From a bacterium (GTDB lineage Bacteria; Patescibacteriota; CPR2; UBA1875; JAJYID01), in NCBI GenBank assembly GCA_021787535.1, contig JAJYLR010000001.1, positions 147,648 through 211,647 of the forward strand: a stretch of DNA of 64,000 nt, in the 5' to 3' direction. Within the stretch, counting starts at the first letter, position 1; every line of letters starts with the position of its first letter. Below the pieces are notes generated by a model, which saw only the letters and a list, made by a program, of their open reading frames with translations, made no database searches and had not been told where the DNA came from. The position numbers and the translations under genes are program-made. This document shows positions 52,114 to 61,116 of this stretch, piece by piece.

Positions 52114-52338
52114 ATGCAAAAAGAGATTCTGACAATTGTCATTATAATATCGGCGATCATTATGTGCGTTTCAATCCTGATGCAAAAACAAGAAGGGGGA
52201 CTGGGGTCGGCCTTTGGCGGTGGTGATAGCGGCAGTTATATGAAAAAAAGAGGTGCGGAAAAGATAGTTTTCTATTTAACTATTATCTCGGCTATTGTCT
52301 TTATCGGGACGATTCTGCTCACATTTGTGCTTAAATAA
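52114..52338 (+). CDS. secG: preprotein translocase subunit SecG
   Basis: two TM helices flanking Gly-rich loop LGSAFGGGDSGS; apparently leaderless (extended -10 TGcTAGAAT ends 7 nt before ATG). Confidence 0.7.
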   Translation: MQKEILTIVIIISAIIMCVSILMQKQEGGLGSAFGGGDSGSYMKKRGAEKIVFYLTIISAIVFIGTILLTFVLK

Positions 52339-52344
52339 GTTGGA

Positions 52345-54093
52345 ATGAAGCTCAAAAGACTATATCTGCGATATTCTCTCAATTTCCAAAAACTCAAAAT
52401 AAAACTATATAATCTTGAGGCAGAAGATTTTCAGAAAGCTTATATCGTAGTTTCCAAAAGATTGTATCGAGTGGTTCACCTGAGAAATCTGGTGATTTTC
52501 TGCCTAGGTTTTCTAGTGGTTGTTTTCTCGATGTTTCTGTCATCTTTTAAAACGCTGGGGGCATATTATCAAAAAGATAAACCGCTTGTTGGAGGAGTTT
52601 ACAGCGAAGGAAGTGTGGGAAAATTCCTGCTTTTAAATCCGCTGTACTCTGTCGTTAACCAAAACGATGAAGACGCGGTCAATCTTATTTTTAGCGGACT
52701 TACGAAACATAGCCGTGGGAAAGAGATAATTCCGGATCTAGCCAGCAGTTGGTCTCTGTCTCAAGATCGAAAAACTTACATCTTTGATATTAAAAAAGGG
52801 GTGAAATGGCAGGACGGCCAGGATTTTACAGCAGATGATGTGGTTTTTACCGTTCAGACCATCCAGAACCCGGACGCCAAAAGCCCGCTTTATGAAGCCT
52901 GGAAAGGAGTGAAAGTAGAAAAGACAGGCAGCTATGGTGTCAAATTTGTTTTAAATGCGCCGGATAAATCTTTTCTGGAAAATACTACGCTGAAAATTCT
53001 GCCCCGCCACGTCTTAGCCAGTATTCCGGCTAGTGATATGCAGACTGTGGACTTTAATACCTCTCCGATCGGAACGGGCCCTTATCAATTTGGCAGTATG
53101 AACGAAGAGTCGGGTAGAGAAACTCTTATTTTAAATGCCTTTAGCGGCTATTACGGCAAAAAGCCGTTTATTCAAAAGTTGATGTTGGAAAGTTTTGCGG
53201 ATGCGCGAGAAATGATTGCTGAGTACCGCAAAAGAAATATTATGGCGATTGCAAATCCCGATCAAGCTGATATTCAAAGATTGGGAAATGATAAAACGAC
53301 TAATATTCACGAATATATCTTGCCTCGCTATACAGCCGCTTTTTTTAATATGGACAATGAATTTTTAAAAGATAAGAATCTGCGGCTCGCCATTAGCCAG
53401 ATTACGGACAGAAAAAATATGGTGGACGAAGCACTTGACGGTGAGGGACTGCCGGTTTATTTGCCGCTTGTATATGGTCCAAACGGACAAAGCGCGGCTG
53501 CAGACGCAGCCCAAGCTTCTGATACCTTAAAGGTAGCCGGTTACACGCTTGCTCAGGGTAAACTGCAGTTCAAGGGGAAGGATGTAAAGTTGAAGATTGT
53601 CACGGCAGAAACAGATGAGATGAAAAAAACCGCTGATATTTTTCAAAAGGAACTGGGGAGTTTGGGAATAAGCAGCGATGTAGAGGCCGCTGGCATGAAT
53701 GATCTGCAAAATAATTATCTGAGGCCGAGAAATTATGATGTTTTAATTCTCGGCGAAAACAGCGGGCTTTACGGTGACCTCTTCAGTTTCTGGCATTCTT
53801 CCCAGGTGCAAGATCCGGGACTTAACTTCTCCAAGTACAAAAGCCCGGCCCTAGATAAGTTTCTGGAAATTTTAAGATCAAACAATGATCCGGCCGAAAA
53901 GCAAAAAATGTATTCTGAAATAGATCGCATCTTTCAAGAGGATAATCCCGCCGTCTATCTTTATAATCCTTTTTACCAGTTTATTACATCAGATAGAGTA
54001 AAGGGCGTCCATAACGGCCGGCTGGTTACTCCGGCTGATCGGCTGAATATGCTTGAGGACTGGTATCTAAAATACCAAAAAGTTTCTCTTTAG
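52345..54093 (+). CDS. ABC transporter substrate-binding protein, family 5 (peptide/nickel-binding-like)
   Basis: N-terminal anchor then SBP_bac_5-like architecture (~580 aa). Confidence 0.65.
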   Translation: MKLKRLYLRYSLNFQKLKIKLYNLEAEDFQKAYIVVSKRLYRVVHLRNLVIFCLGFLVVVFSMFLSSFKTLGAYYQKDKPLVGGVYSEGSVGKFLLLNPLYSVVNQNDEDAVNLIFSGLTKHSRGKEIIPDLASSWSLSQDRKTYIFDIKKGVKWQDGQDFTADDVVFTVQTIQNPDAKSPLYEAWKGVKVEKTGSYGVKFVLNAPDKSFLENTTLKILPRHVLASIPASDMQTVDFNTSPIGTGPYQFGSMNEESGRETLILNAFSGYYGKKPFIQKLMLESFADAREMIAEYRKRNIMAIANPDQADIQRLGNDKTTNIHEYILPRYTAAFFNMDNEFLKDKNLRLAISQITDRKNMVDEALDGEGLPVYLPLVYGPNGQSAAADAAQASDTLKVAGYTLAQGKLQFKGKDVKLKIVTAETDEMKKTADIFQKELGSLGISSDVEAAGMNDLQNNYLRPRNYDVLILGENSGLYGDLFSFWHSSQVQDPGLNFSKYKSPALDKFLEILRSNNDPAEKQKMYSEIDRIFQEDNPAVYLYNPFYQFITSDRVKGVHNGRLVTPADRLNMLEDWYLKYQKVSL

Positions 54094-54108
54094 TTGATAC
54101 GGTCTCTG

Positions 54109-54579
54109 TTACGGTGCAGATACCGTCTCTATGCAGCTGCTGCCTGTGTAATCATGAGTACAGATTTGATATCTGGACTCTTCTAAATACATTAATCTTC
54201 CACTGCAGCCATTATTAGGATCGCTGCAGTCCGATGATACAGTTGGAGTTTTGGATAATCCGCATGAAATACCATCGCTTGCCAGTTCTTGAGCTACATC
54301 ATTGATCACTACGCCGTTTGTCCCATAATGGCCTGTACCCGGATTGGCGGGATAGCAAAGAGTGTTTTGAGTTTGACCGCAATATACCTTATTTCTTGCT
54401 AAATATGCTTCTAGGCATGTTTCCATCTTTTTGACATTTGACCTGTTAGTTGTTTCAGTTGCCATATGTTGCGCAATCTTTATGGCATTTACAAGAACAG
54501 CAAAAAGAACAGCGATGATTGTCATAACAACCATTATCTCGATTAATGTAAAGCCCTTGTTTTGATTAATTTTATGCAC
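54109..54579 (-). CDS. type IV pilin-like (prepilin N-terminal methylation domain) protein
   Basis: KGFTLIEIMVVMTIIAVL class III signal/N-methyl-Phe motif at N-terminus. Confidence 0.7.
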   Translation of the reverse strand: MHKINQNKGFTLIEIMVVMTIIAVLFAVLVNAIKIAQHMATETTNRSNVKKMETCLEAYLARNKVYCGQTQNTLCYPANPGTGHYGTNGVVINDVAQELASDGISCGLSKTPTVSSDCSDPNNGCSGRLMYLEESRYQICTHDYTGSSCIETVSAP

Positions 54580-54754
54580 CTAGCTTACCCTCGCATATTG
54601 CTTATATTGTATTTTTTATTTTTTTAAATTGCAAATCTTTATCTCGTTGTTATGTAATTGAAAAACTCTCGTGGAAATGATAAAATTTTCACACTCGTTG
54701 TGTAACTTGATCTGGCAGTAGTTATCTGCCACTTTAGGAATCACTTGAGATATT

Positions 54755-54843
54755 GCTGCGGTGGCGGAATTGGTAGACGCGCTGGCTTGAGGGGCCAGTG
54801 GCCCGAAACGGCCGTGGAGGTTCAAGTCCTCTCCGCAGCACCA
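54755..54843 (+). tRNA. tRNA-Leu (anticodon GAG)
   Basis: hand-folded cloverleaf: acceptor GCTGCGG/CCGCAGC, anticodon loop TTGAGGG, long variable arm, GGTTCAAGTCC T-arm, encoded CCA. Confidence 0.85.
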
Positions 54844-54989
54844 AAAACTAAATACCCTCACAGGGTTTTTAGTTTTGGGTAATGCTGAGGTGGTGAGAAT
54901 CTTCTGTAGACGCCCAGAAAAATCATAAACAATGTTACAAGACTTTCAATGAGATTGATGTGAGTTTATTAGAGAATTAAACTCAAAGG

Positions 54990-55084
54990 CGGCGAGCCGC
55001 TTCAAGTCCTCGCAGCAAGCACCAAACTTCGCTCTGAATTTTTCAGAACTACGCTTGGCAGGCCAACGAAGTTATTTGCAAGGT
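54990..55084 (+). repeat. ~95-bp direct repeat copy A: tRNA-Leu 3'-half-like fragment (TTCAAGTCCTCGCAGCAAGCACCA) plus ~70-nt hairpin-rich tail
   Basis: near-identical to copy B at 56955-57047; compensatory changes in internal hairpin. Confidence 0.7.
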
Positions 55085-55147
55085 GAGAAACACAGAATAG
55101 AATAGAATTTTAATGAAGCCGAGAGGGCTTTTTTTGACGCTTTCTAA

Positions 55148-56035
55148 TCAATACCTTTGCAACACCTGAGCTGGTGTTTTAAGGCCAATGCCCAGATGCC
55201 TCCTTTCATTGTTGTAGTAATCCAGATAGCTTTTAATCCTTGCTTCAATTCCTTTCTCCAGCCATAGCTTTTCACATTCTTCCTGAATGGTTCTATTGAA
55301 TCTTTCAATGTGAGCATTATCATTTGGTTTTCTGACTCTGGAATGTCTGAGTTTTGTTCCTTTGTAGCCAAGCATGTCAGAAAACCATTTGCCAAATTCA
55401 GGTCCGTTATCTGTTTGGACTGTTTTAAATCTAAATCCTGCTAGTTTCTGTGCTTTTAAGACAAACTTCAAGCTGTTGGTTTGAGAAAACCTCTCAGTAT
55501 ATTCCGCATAAGCAAATCTTGAGTAAAGATCGATTAATGTATAGACATAATATCTAGTTCCATCATCTCTAACAAAGTGAATGGTGTCTAACTGAACCAA
55601 GTCACCCGGTTGAAAGACAAAAGGCCTGGGAATATGCGGCCTGAAGCGTTTCCACTTTGATTTTTCTCTGATCAATCCCTGTCTTTTAAGGGTTCTTTTC
55701 ACTGAGGATAAACTAACTTTAATATCTCTTTCCTTTAAATCCTCGTAGATCACTTCAGCGCATCTGTTGTGTTTTAATCTTTCTTCTCTGATTGCCTCAA
55801 TAATATCCTGGGGCAGTTCTTTCGGATGATGGTGAGGTCTTGAGCTTCTGGTTTGAAGATGAGCGTTTAATGAAAGATATTCCTCCCTATATCTTTTTGC
55901 CCATCTTGAAACAGAAGAGTAGGAATATCCAAAGTGACGGGCTACCTGCCTGGTTGAATATCCTTGCTTTAACATTCTGACAGCTTGCAATCTAACCTTT
56001 GGCATATTGGGATTTTTTGTGTATGACATACTCAT
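55148..56035 (-). CDS. DDE transposase (rve/integrase core, IS481/IS3 superfamily) with N-terminal HTH
   Basis: HTH QVARHFGYSYSSVSRWAKRY; DDE residues in VQLDTIHF, VQTDNGPEF, HIERFNRTIQEE. Confidence 0.8.
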   Translation of the reverse strand: MSMSYTKNPNMPKVRLQAVRMLKQGYSTRQVARHFGYSYSSVSRWAKRYREEYLSLNAHLQTRSSRPHHHPKELPQDIIEAIREERLKHNRCAEVIYEDLKERDIKVSLSSVKRTLKRQGLIREKSKWKRFRPHIPRPFVFQPGDLVQLDTIHFVRDDGTRYYVYTLIDLYSRFAYAEYTERFSQTNSLKFVLKAQKLAGFRFKTVQTDNGPEFGKWFSDMLGYKGTKLRHSRVRKPNDNAHIERFNRTIQEECEKLWLEKGIEARIKSYLDYYNNERRHLGIGLKTPAQVLQRY

Positions 56036-56067
56036 AATTTTAATGCAAAGTGTTGCAAAGGTATTGA
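55148..56067 (-). mobile_element. IS481-like insertion sequence (~920 bp) with 18-bp terminal inverted repeats TCAATACCTTTGCAACAC
   Basis: IRs at 55148-55165 and 56050-56067 (reverse complement) bracketing single transposase ORF. Confidence 0.75.
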
Positions 56068-56156
56068 ACCATTACGTTTTGATTGACAGATATAAACTTT
56101 TATGGTACTTTATTAATCATAACTTTTGTTGCCTAGGAATATTTATCTGAAAAGGA

Positions 56157-56384
56157 GTGATGGTAGTGATGGTAATGAAGAAAGGAACGAAGGTGGTAAC
56201 ATTTTTCAAAGAGGAGGATCTGAGCGAGATGAGAGACGCCGGTCTCACTGATGGTATGAAAGGAGTGATCATCAGTGACCCGATACCTGCCCATAAAGGG
56301 AGCTCATTTCGTGTTCGTTGCGAGAATGGGATCGAAATAAAGCTTCATGAATCTCACTTGCAGCTAACATCAGCGGACGGGTAG
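56157..56384 (+). CDS. hypothetical 75-aa protein
   Basis: GGAGTG RBS; ends exactly at tRNA-Val start. Confidence 0.25.
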   Translation: MMVVMVMKKGTKVVTFFKEEDLSEMRDAGLTDGMKGVIISDPIPAHKGSSFRVRCENGIEIKLHESHLQLTSADG

Positions 56385-56461
56385 CTTAACTGGCTAAAGT
56401 GCCGGCTCGACATGCCGGAAATTGAAGGTTCAAATCCTTTCCCGTCCGCCAACATTTGAGG
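56385..56461 (+). tRNA. tRNA-Val (anticodon GAC; unusual C33)
   Basis: hand-folded: acceptor GGACGGG/CCCGTCC, anticodon stem CCGGC/GCCGG loop TCGACAT, T-arm GAAGGTTCAAATCCTTT, encoded CCA. Confidence 0.7.
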
Positions 56462-56485
56462 GGATTTATCCTCTCTTGCAGAGAC

Positions 56486-56560
56486 TGCTCCAGTAGCTTA
56501 ACTGGTAAAACGTCGGGTCGTTATTTGAAGGTTACCAGTTCAAATCTTACCTTGGGCAGG
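56486..56560 (+). pseudogene. degenerate tRNA-like duplicate (pseudo-tRNA)
   Basis: shares GTAGCTTAACTGG.TAAA and GAAGGTT...CAAATC with adjacent tRNA-Val but T-arm and anticodon stem do not pair; 7-nt ACCAGTT insertion. Confidence 0.3.
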
Positions 56561-56645
56561 CAATTTATCTGGGCGTCCGCGAATCTTGGGCGCCCATTTT
56601 TCTTTTACAAATTCAGATCTTATAGTATAATATTTCAGTATTTTT

Positions 56646-56722
56646 GGGCGCTTAGCTCAGCTGGCTAGAGCGACTGGTTTACACCCAGTAGGTCGAGGGT
56701 TCGAGTCCCCCAGCGCCCACCA
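56646..56722 (+). tRNA. tRNA-Val (anticodon TAC)
   Basis: acceptor GGGCGCT/AGCGCCC, D-arm GCTCAGCTGGCTAGAGC, anticodon loop TTTACAC, T-loop TTCGAGT, CCA. Confidence 0.85.
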
Positions 56723-56750
56723 TAGAAAATTTCGCTGAAAATATTGAAAA

Positions 56751-56837
56751 GCCGCGGTGGCGGAACTGGTAGACGCGCTGGCTTCAGGTGCCAGTGAAAG
56801 CAATTTCGTGGAGGTTCGAGTCCTCTCCGCGGCACCA
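56751..56837 (+). tRNA. tRNA-Leu (anticodon CAG)
   Basis: acceptor GCCGCGG/CCGCGGC, anticodon loop TTCAGGT, long variable arm, CCA; paralogous to tRNA-Leu(GAG) at 54755. Confidence 0.85.
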
Positions 56838-56954
56838 ATGAAATTGTTTAGCAAGGAGAGACGAGAACCTCCTGAAAAACGCTTTAAGTTTCAGGTATTG
56901 AAAATGGTAAAATTTAGCATGTAAGAAAGGTGCTATAAAAAAGAAATGAAAAGT

Positions 56955-57047
56955 GGTTGAACCGCTTCGAGTCCTCGCAGTAAGCACCAAACCTCGCTCT
57001 GGTTTTTTCAGAGCTACGCTTGGCAGGCCAACGAAGTTGTTTGTAAG
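56955..57047 (+). repeat. ~95-bp direct repeat copy B (tRNA-Leu 3'-half-like fragment plus structured tail); partial third copy at 57152-57187
   Basis: aligns to copy A with covarying hairpin stems. Confidence 0.7.
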
Positions 57048-57204
57048 GAGGTGGCAAGAACCTCCTGAAACTGCCCAAATGAAACAAAAATCATATAAAA
57101 AAAGAAAATTTATTTTGTAAGATAACCTTTTAGAAAAGTAAAATAAAAAGTAGTGGTGCTTTTCAAGTACTCGCAGCTAGCACTATATTAAAAAAGAATC
57201 TGAT

Positions 57205-58353
57205 ATGCAAAAACCAAATTACAAAGGCGGCAGTATTGTCAATCTAATGAGTTCTATTAAAAGATCATTTGGCGGATCATCTGAGTATGAGCCGCTAGCC
57301 GGTTTTGACATTTCAGAAATCGCCCAAAAAACAGTTGTCCTAATAGTTATAGACGGACTTGGTTATGAATTTATTAAAAAATACGGCAGTGAGAGTTTCC
57401 TTAGTAAAAACTTAAAAGGTAATATTACATCGGTTTTCCCTGCCACGACGGCTTCAGCTATGACCGCTTTTTCAACCGGTGTTCCTGCGCAGCAGCACGG
57501 ACTCACAGGATGGTTTGTTTATTTAAAGGAACTCGGCGCAGTCACTACAGTGCTGCCTTTTAAAACGCGTGCCGGAGATCTAAGTTTATCCCAGGGGAAT
57601 ATAAACTATGGAGACATTTTTTCTCAAAAAAGTTTTTTTGAAGAATTAGACGTACCATCTTTTTACATCGGCAGTGAAAAATATGTAGATTCTGATTACT
57701 CGCGCTTCGCACACGAAGGGGCTAAAAGAGTTCCCTTTTCTTCACTTGAAAACTTCTCGCAGCAAATCAGTAAGCTCATCTCTGACGGCCAAAGACAATA
57801 CGCTCTGGCTTATTGGGACGGTTTTGATATGTTAAGCCATGTCCATGGAAATAACAGCCAAGAAGTGAGAAACCATTTTAAAATGATCGATCAGGAGATT
57901 GAATCCCTGTCAAAAAATCTAAAAGAGAAAAATGCTGTACTGATTATAAGCGCTGATCACGGTTTTATAGATACTGAGATGAAAGATGTCATTCATCTTG
58001 CAGATCATCCAAAGCTTCAAAAAACTTTAGCACTCCCTCTTGCCGGAGATTCCAGAGCTGTTTACTGTTATGTCAAACCGGGGAAAACCAAAGATTTTGA
58101 GAATTATGTCAAAATGGTTTTAGGAGATTATTGCCATCTCTATAAAAGCAAGGATCTTTTTGAAAAAGGATTTTTTGGCTTGTTTGAGCCGCATAAAGAG
58201 CTAATGGATCGTATCGGAGATTACACCCTCATAATGAAGAAAAACTATATTATGAAAGACGAAGTTCTGGGAGAAGAAAGACATAACTTTATCGGCCACC
58301 ACAGCGGAATGAGCAAAGAAGAGATGTTTGTTCCTCTAATCGTGGTAGAATAG
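57205..58353 (+). CDS. alkaline-phosphatase-superfamily protein (nucleotide pyrophosphatase/phosphodiesterase- or phosphomutase-like)
   Basis: VLIVIDGLGYEF...SVFPATTASAMTAFSTG metal-binding core motifs. Confidence 0.55.
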   Translation: MQKPNYKGGSIVNLMSSIKRSFGGSSEYEPLAGFDISEIAQKTVVLIVIDGLGYEFIKKYGSESFLSKNLKGNITSVFPATTASAMTAFSTGVPAQQHGLTGWFVYLKELGAVTTVLPFKTRAGDLSLSQGNINYGDIFSQKSFFEELDVPSFYIGSEKYVDSDYSRFAHEGAKRVPFSSLENFSQQISKLISDGQRQYALAYWDGFDMLSHVHGNNSQEVRNHFKMIDQEIESLSKNLKEKNAVLIISADHGFIDTEMKDVIHLADHPKLQKTLALPLAGDSRAVYCYVKPGKTKDFENYVKMVLGDYCHLYKSKDLFEKGFFGLFEPHKELMDRIGDYTLIMKKNYIMKDEVLGEERHNFIGHHSGMSKEEMFVPLIVVE

Positions 58354-58683
58354 TTACTTTGTTTTCTCTTCGTCCTTTTTATGGAGTTTTTCCAGTCGAA
58401 ACCATTTGTAACCGAAGTAAACTACGAGTGCTACGATAGAAAAGTCAATTAGCGCGCTGATGAAATTCCCCAGAAGAATATCTGCTGAGAAAATATGAAA
58501 GCTTATCTTATCAAGCCCTTTGGCTTGTCCGAGAATGAGCCCGACTATAGGACTAATAATATCAGTCACGAGTGCGGTTACAAGCTTAGCTACGGCTCCG
58601 GCTAAAACAAAACCGATAGCCAGCCCTACTACCTTGTTTTCGATAATAAATTCTCTAAAACCTTCAAACTGTCTTTTGATCAT
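58354..58683 (-). CDS. mscL: large-conductance mechanosensitive channel MscL
   Basis: FREFIIENKVVGLAIGFVLAGA...ISPIVGL...LIDFSIVALVVYF matches MscL TM1/TM2 pattern. Confidence 0.8.
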   Translation of the reverse strand: MIKRQFEGFREFIIENKVVGLAIGFVLAGAVAKLVTALVTDIISPIVGLILGQAKGLDKISFHIFSADILLGNFISALIDFSIVALVVYFGYKWFRLEKLHKKDEEKTK

Positions 58684-58836
58684 TTCTTTCTCCTTGGCAG
58701 TATTTTACCAAAAACAAAAAAATCTGGCCAGCTTTATGTATTATAAAACTGTGAGTTACTTAGTCATTCCGACCGCCATCCAGTACTTCAATGCTTAAGT
58801 GTTGGATAATTTGTTATAAAGACTGAGAATTCTATT

Positions 58837-59241
58837 CTATTGCTCAGGTGTTTGCACTACAATCTTCCCGTTCATGTATGGATGCAGTTTGCAATGATAC
58901 TCATATTCTCCAACTTTTGTAAATTTATAGCTGAAAGAGTCATCGTTTTTAAGATTTGCTGAAGCGAAATCTTTTGATTGGATCGTATGCACAGCGCCAT
59001 CTTCATTAAACCAAGTAACGCTTTCACCGGTTTTTATATTTAATACAGGCGGCTCGAATGCGAAGTTGTTGATCATTACAAGATTTTTGGCATTTGGTTT
59101 CTCGGCAACCTGCTCGCTCGGCAGTTTGACTACCGGTTCCTTGGGCTCTTTCGGTTGAAGCAATAAAAACGCCAGGGCGCCGGCTGTTACAACTATAAAG
59201 ATCATAAGCACAATGTAAGGTTTTTTCATTATGTACCTCAA
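58837..59241 (-). CDS. cupredoxin (plastocyanin/azurin-like blue copper protein) with N-terminal anchor
   Basis: type-1 copper ligands H...C..H....M: EYHCKLHPYM, AVHTIQ. Confidence 0.7.
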   Translation of the reverse strand: MRYIMKKPYIVLMIFIVVTAGALAFLLLQPKEPKEPVVKLPSEQVAEKPNAKNLVMINNFAFEPPVLNIKTGESVTWFNEDGAVHTIQSKDFASANLKNDDSFSYKFTKVGEYEYHCKLHPYMNGKIVVQTPEQ

Positions 59242-59382
59242 ATTTCATCTCTTAAAAGTTTCGGTAATCCTCATGTTAGCCAATCTGATACCTCAGAACA
59301 ATATGAGAATCTACAATATTAGTTTTGGTTTTGGGGCTTAAGTTTGTTATAATTTAGAGGTTAAAAGCAGAAATAAGGAATA

Positions 59383-61116
59383 TTGAAAGAGAACAAGATG
59401 GAAATTAAGACTATGAGACACAGCTTCAGTCATGTCTTGGCTGCGGCAGTGCTTGATATGTTCCCGGAAGCCAAGCTCGGCATGGGTCCGGCTGTAGAAA
59501 ACGGATTTTACTATGATTTTGACCTGCCAAGGACTTTGATTCCTGAGGATTTGCCGATCCTTGAGAAAAAAATGAGGCGGATTATAAAGAAAAACGAGAA
59601 GTTTGAACGTGCTGATGTCTCTATCAAGGAAGCTCTCGAGATTTCCAAGAAGTCGAAGCAGACTTACAAAACCGAGTTAATTAAAGATCTCGAAAAAGCC
59701 GGCGAGAAAACAGTATCGTTCTACAAAACCGGCAAGTTCATTGACCTTTGCGCCGGTCCGCATGTCGTCTCCACAAATCAGCTGGGCGCTTTCAAGCTCT
59801 CACACATTTCCGGCGCATACTGGAAAGGCGATGAGAAAAATAAAATGCTTCAGCGCATCTACGGCTATGCGTTTGCCACCCAGAAAGAATTGGATGAATT
59901 TTTGGTAAATTTAGAAGAAGCCAAGAAAAGGGATCATAGAAAGATTGGCAAAGAAATGGACCTTTTTTCATTTCACAGTGAGGCACCGGGAATGGTATTC
60001 TGGCACCCAAAGGGCATGATCCTAAGAGAAGCTCTTATGGAACCTCACAAAAAACTTCATGATGAAGAGGGTTATGAGACAGTTTCTACTCCTATCATGC
60101 TTTCTGAAAAACTCTGGCATAGATCAGGCCACTGGGATAACTATAAGGATGAAATGTATTTTTCCAAAGTTGATAATGCCAAATTTGCCATAAAACCAAT
60201 GAACTGCCCCGGCTCAATCCTCATTTATAGCACTTATCCCAGATCTTACAGAGAGTTTCCGATGCGGCTTTATGAAAACGGAGAGATCCATCGCCATGAA
60301 CTATCCGGAACATTGCACGGACTTTTTAGAGTCAGGGCTTTCCGCCAGGATGATGCGCATATCTATCTTTTACCGGATCAAATAGAAAACGAAATTCAAA
60401 AAATAGTAAAGTTAACGCTGGATTTCTATAAAATGTGCGGGTTTGAAGAAGTAAGTATTGAAGTTTCAACCAGACCGGAAAAATCAATCGGATCCGATGA
60501 AATCTGGGAAAAGTCAGAAAGCATCTTGAAGAAAACCTTGAAAGACATGGGCTTAAAATATCAAATCAACGAAGGCGACGGCGCTTTTTACGGACCAAAA
60601 ATAGATTTTCATATCAAAGACTCTTTAGGGCGTTCCTGGCAATGCGGAACCACCCAGCTTGATTTCTCTATGCCGGAGAGATTTGATCTTAAATATATCG
60701 ACAAAGACGGCAAACTGAAACACCCCGTGATGATACATAGAACTGTAATCGGTTCGATTCAAAGATTCATTGGCGTTTTGATAGAACACTACGGCGGACA
60801 CTTTCCTCTCTGGCTGGCTCCGGTTCAGGTGAAAATAATTCCGGTTTCCGATAAGTTCGAAAAATTTGCCAGAAAAGTCGAGGCAGAATTGAAGTCTGCA
60901 GATTCGCGGGTAGAGTTTGACTCATCCGATGAATCGGTCGGCAAGAAAATCCGAAATGCCGAGCTTGAAAAAATTCCATACATGCTGATACTCGGCGAGA
61001 AGGAAGAAAAAGCCGGCAAGGTCGCCGTTCGCTCGCATAAAAAAGGCGACGAAGGCCAAATAGAACTCAAGAAACTGATCTCAAATCTCAAAAAAGAAAT
61101 TAACGAGAAGAAATGA
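59383..61116 (+). CDS. thrS: threonyl-tRNA synthetase (lacks N-terminal TGS domain)
   Basis: N2 editing-domain HxxxH (HSFSHVLA), class II motifs, anticodon-binding domain; start TTG 59383 or ATG 59398. Confidence 0.9.
   Translation: MKENKMEIKTMRHSFSHVLAAAVLDMFPEAKLGMGPAVENGFYYDFDLPRTLIPEDLPILEKKMRRIIKKNEKFERADVSIKEALEISKKSKQTYKTELIKDLEKAGEKTVSFYKTGKFIDLCAGPHVVSTNQLGAFKLSHISGAYWKGDEKNKMLQRIYGYAFATQKELDEFLVNLEEAKKRDHRKIGKEMDLFSFHSEAPGMVFWHPKGMILREALMEPHKKLHDEEGYETVSTPIMLSEKLWHRSGHWDNYKDEMYFSKVDNAKFAIKPMNCPGSILIYSTYPRSYREFPMRLYENGEIHRHELSGTLHGLFRVRAFRQDDAHIYLLPDQIENEIQKIVKLTLDFYKMCGFEEVSIEVSTRPEKSIGSDEIWEKSESILKKTLKDMGLKYQINEGDGAFYGPKIDFHIKDSLGRSWQCGTTQLDFSMPERFDLKYIDKDGKLKHPVMIHRTVIGSIQRFIGVLIEHYGGHFPLWLAPVQVKIIPVSDKFEKFARKVEAELKSADSRVEFDSSDESVGKKIRNAELEKIPYMLILGEKEEKAGKVAVRSHKKGDEGQIELKKLISNLKKEINEKK

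Noticed and set aside
56657-56990. Minus-strand ORFs 56657-56854 and 56784-56990
   Set aside because: Overlap three well-folded tRNA genes and the structured repeat; spurious.
54755-57200. Integrated prophage or integrative element at tRNA-Leu
   Set aside because: No integrase, capsid, terminase or other phage genes; only an IS481-like transposase and tRNAs between the repeats; retained as a finding about tRNA-fragment direct repeats instead.
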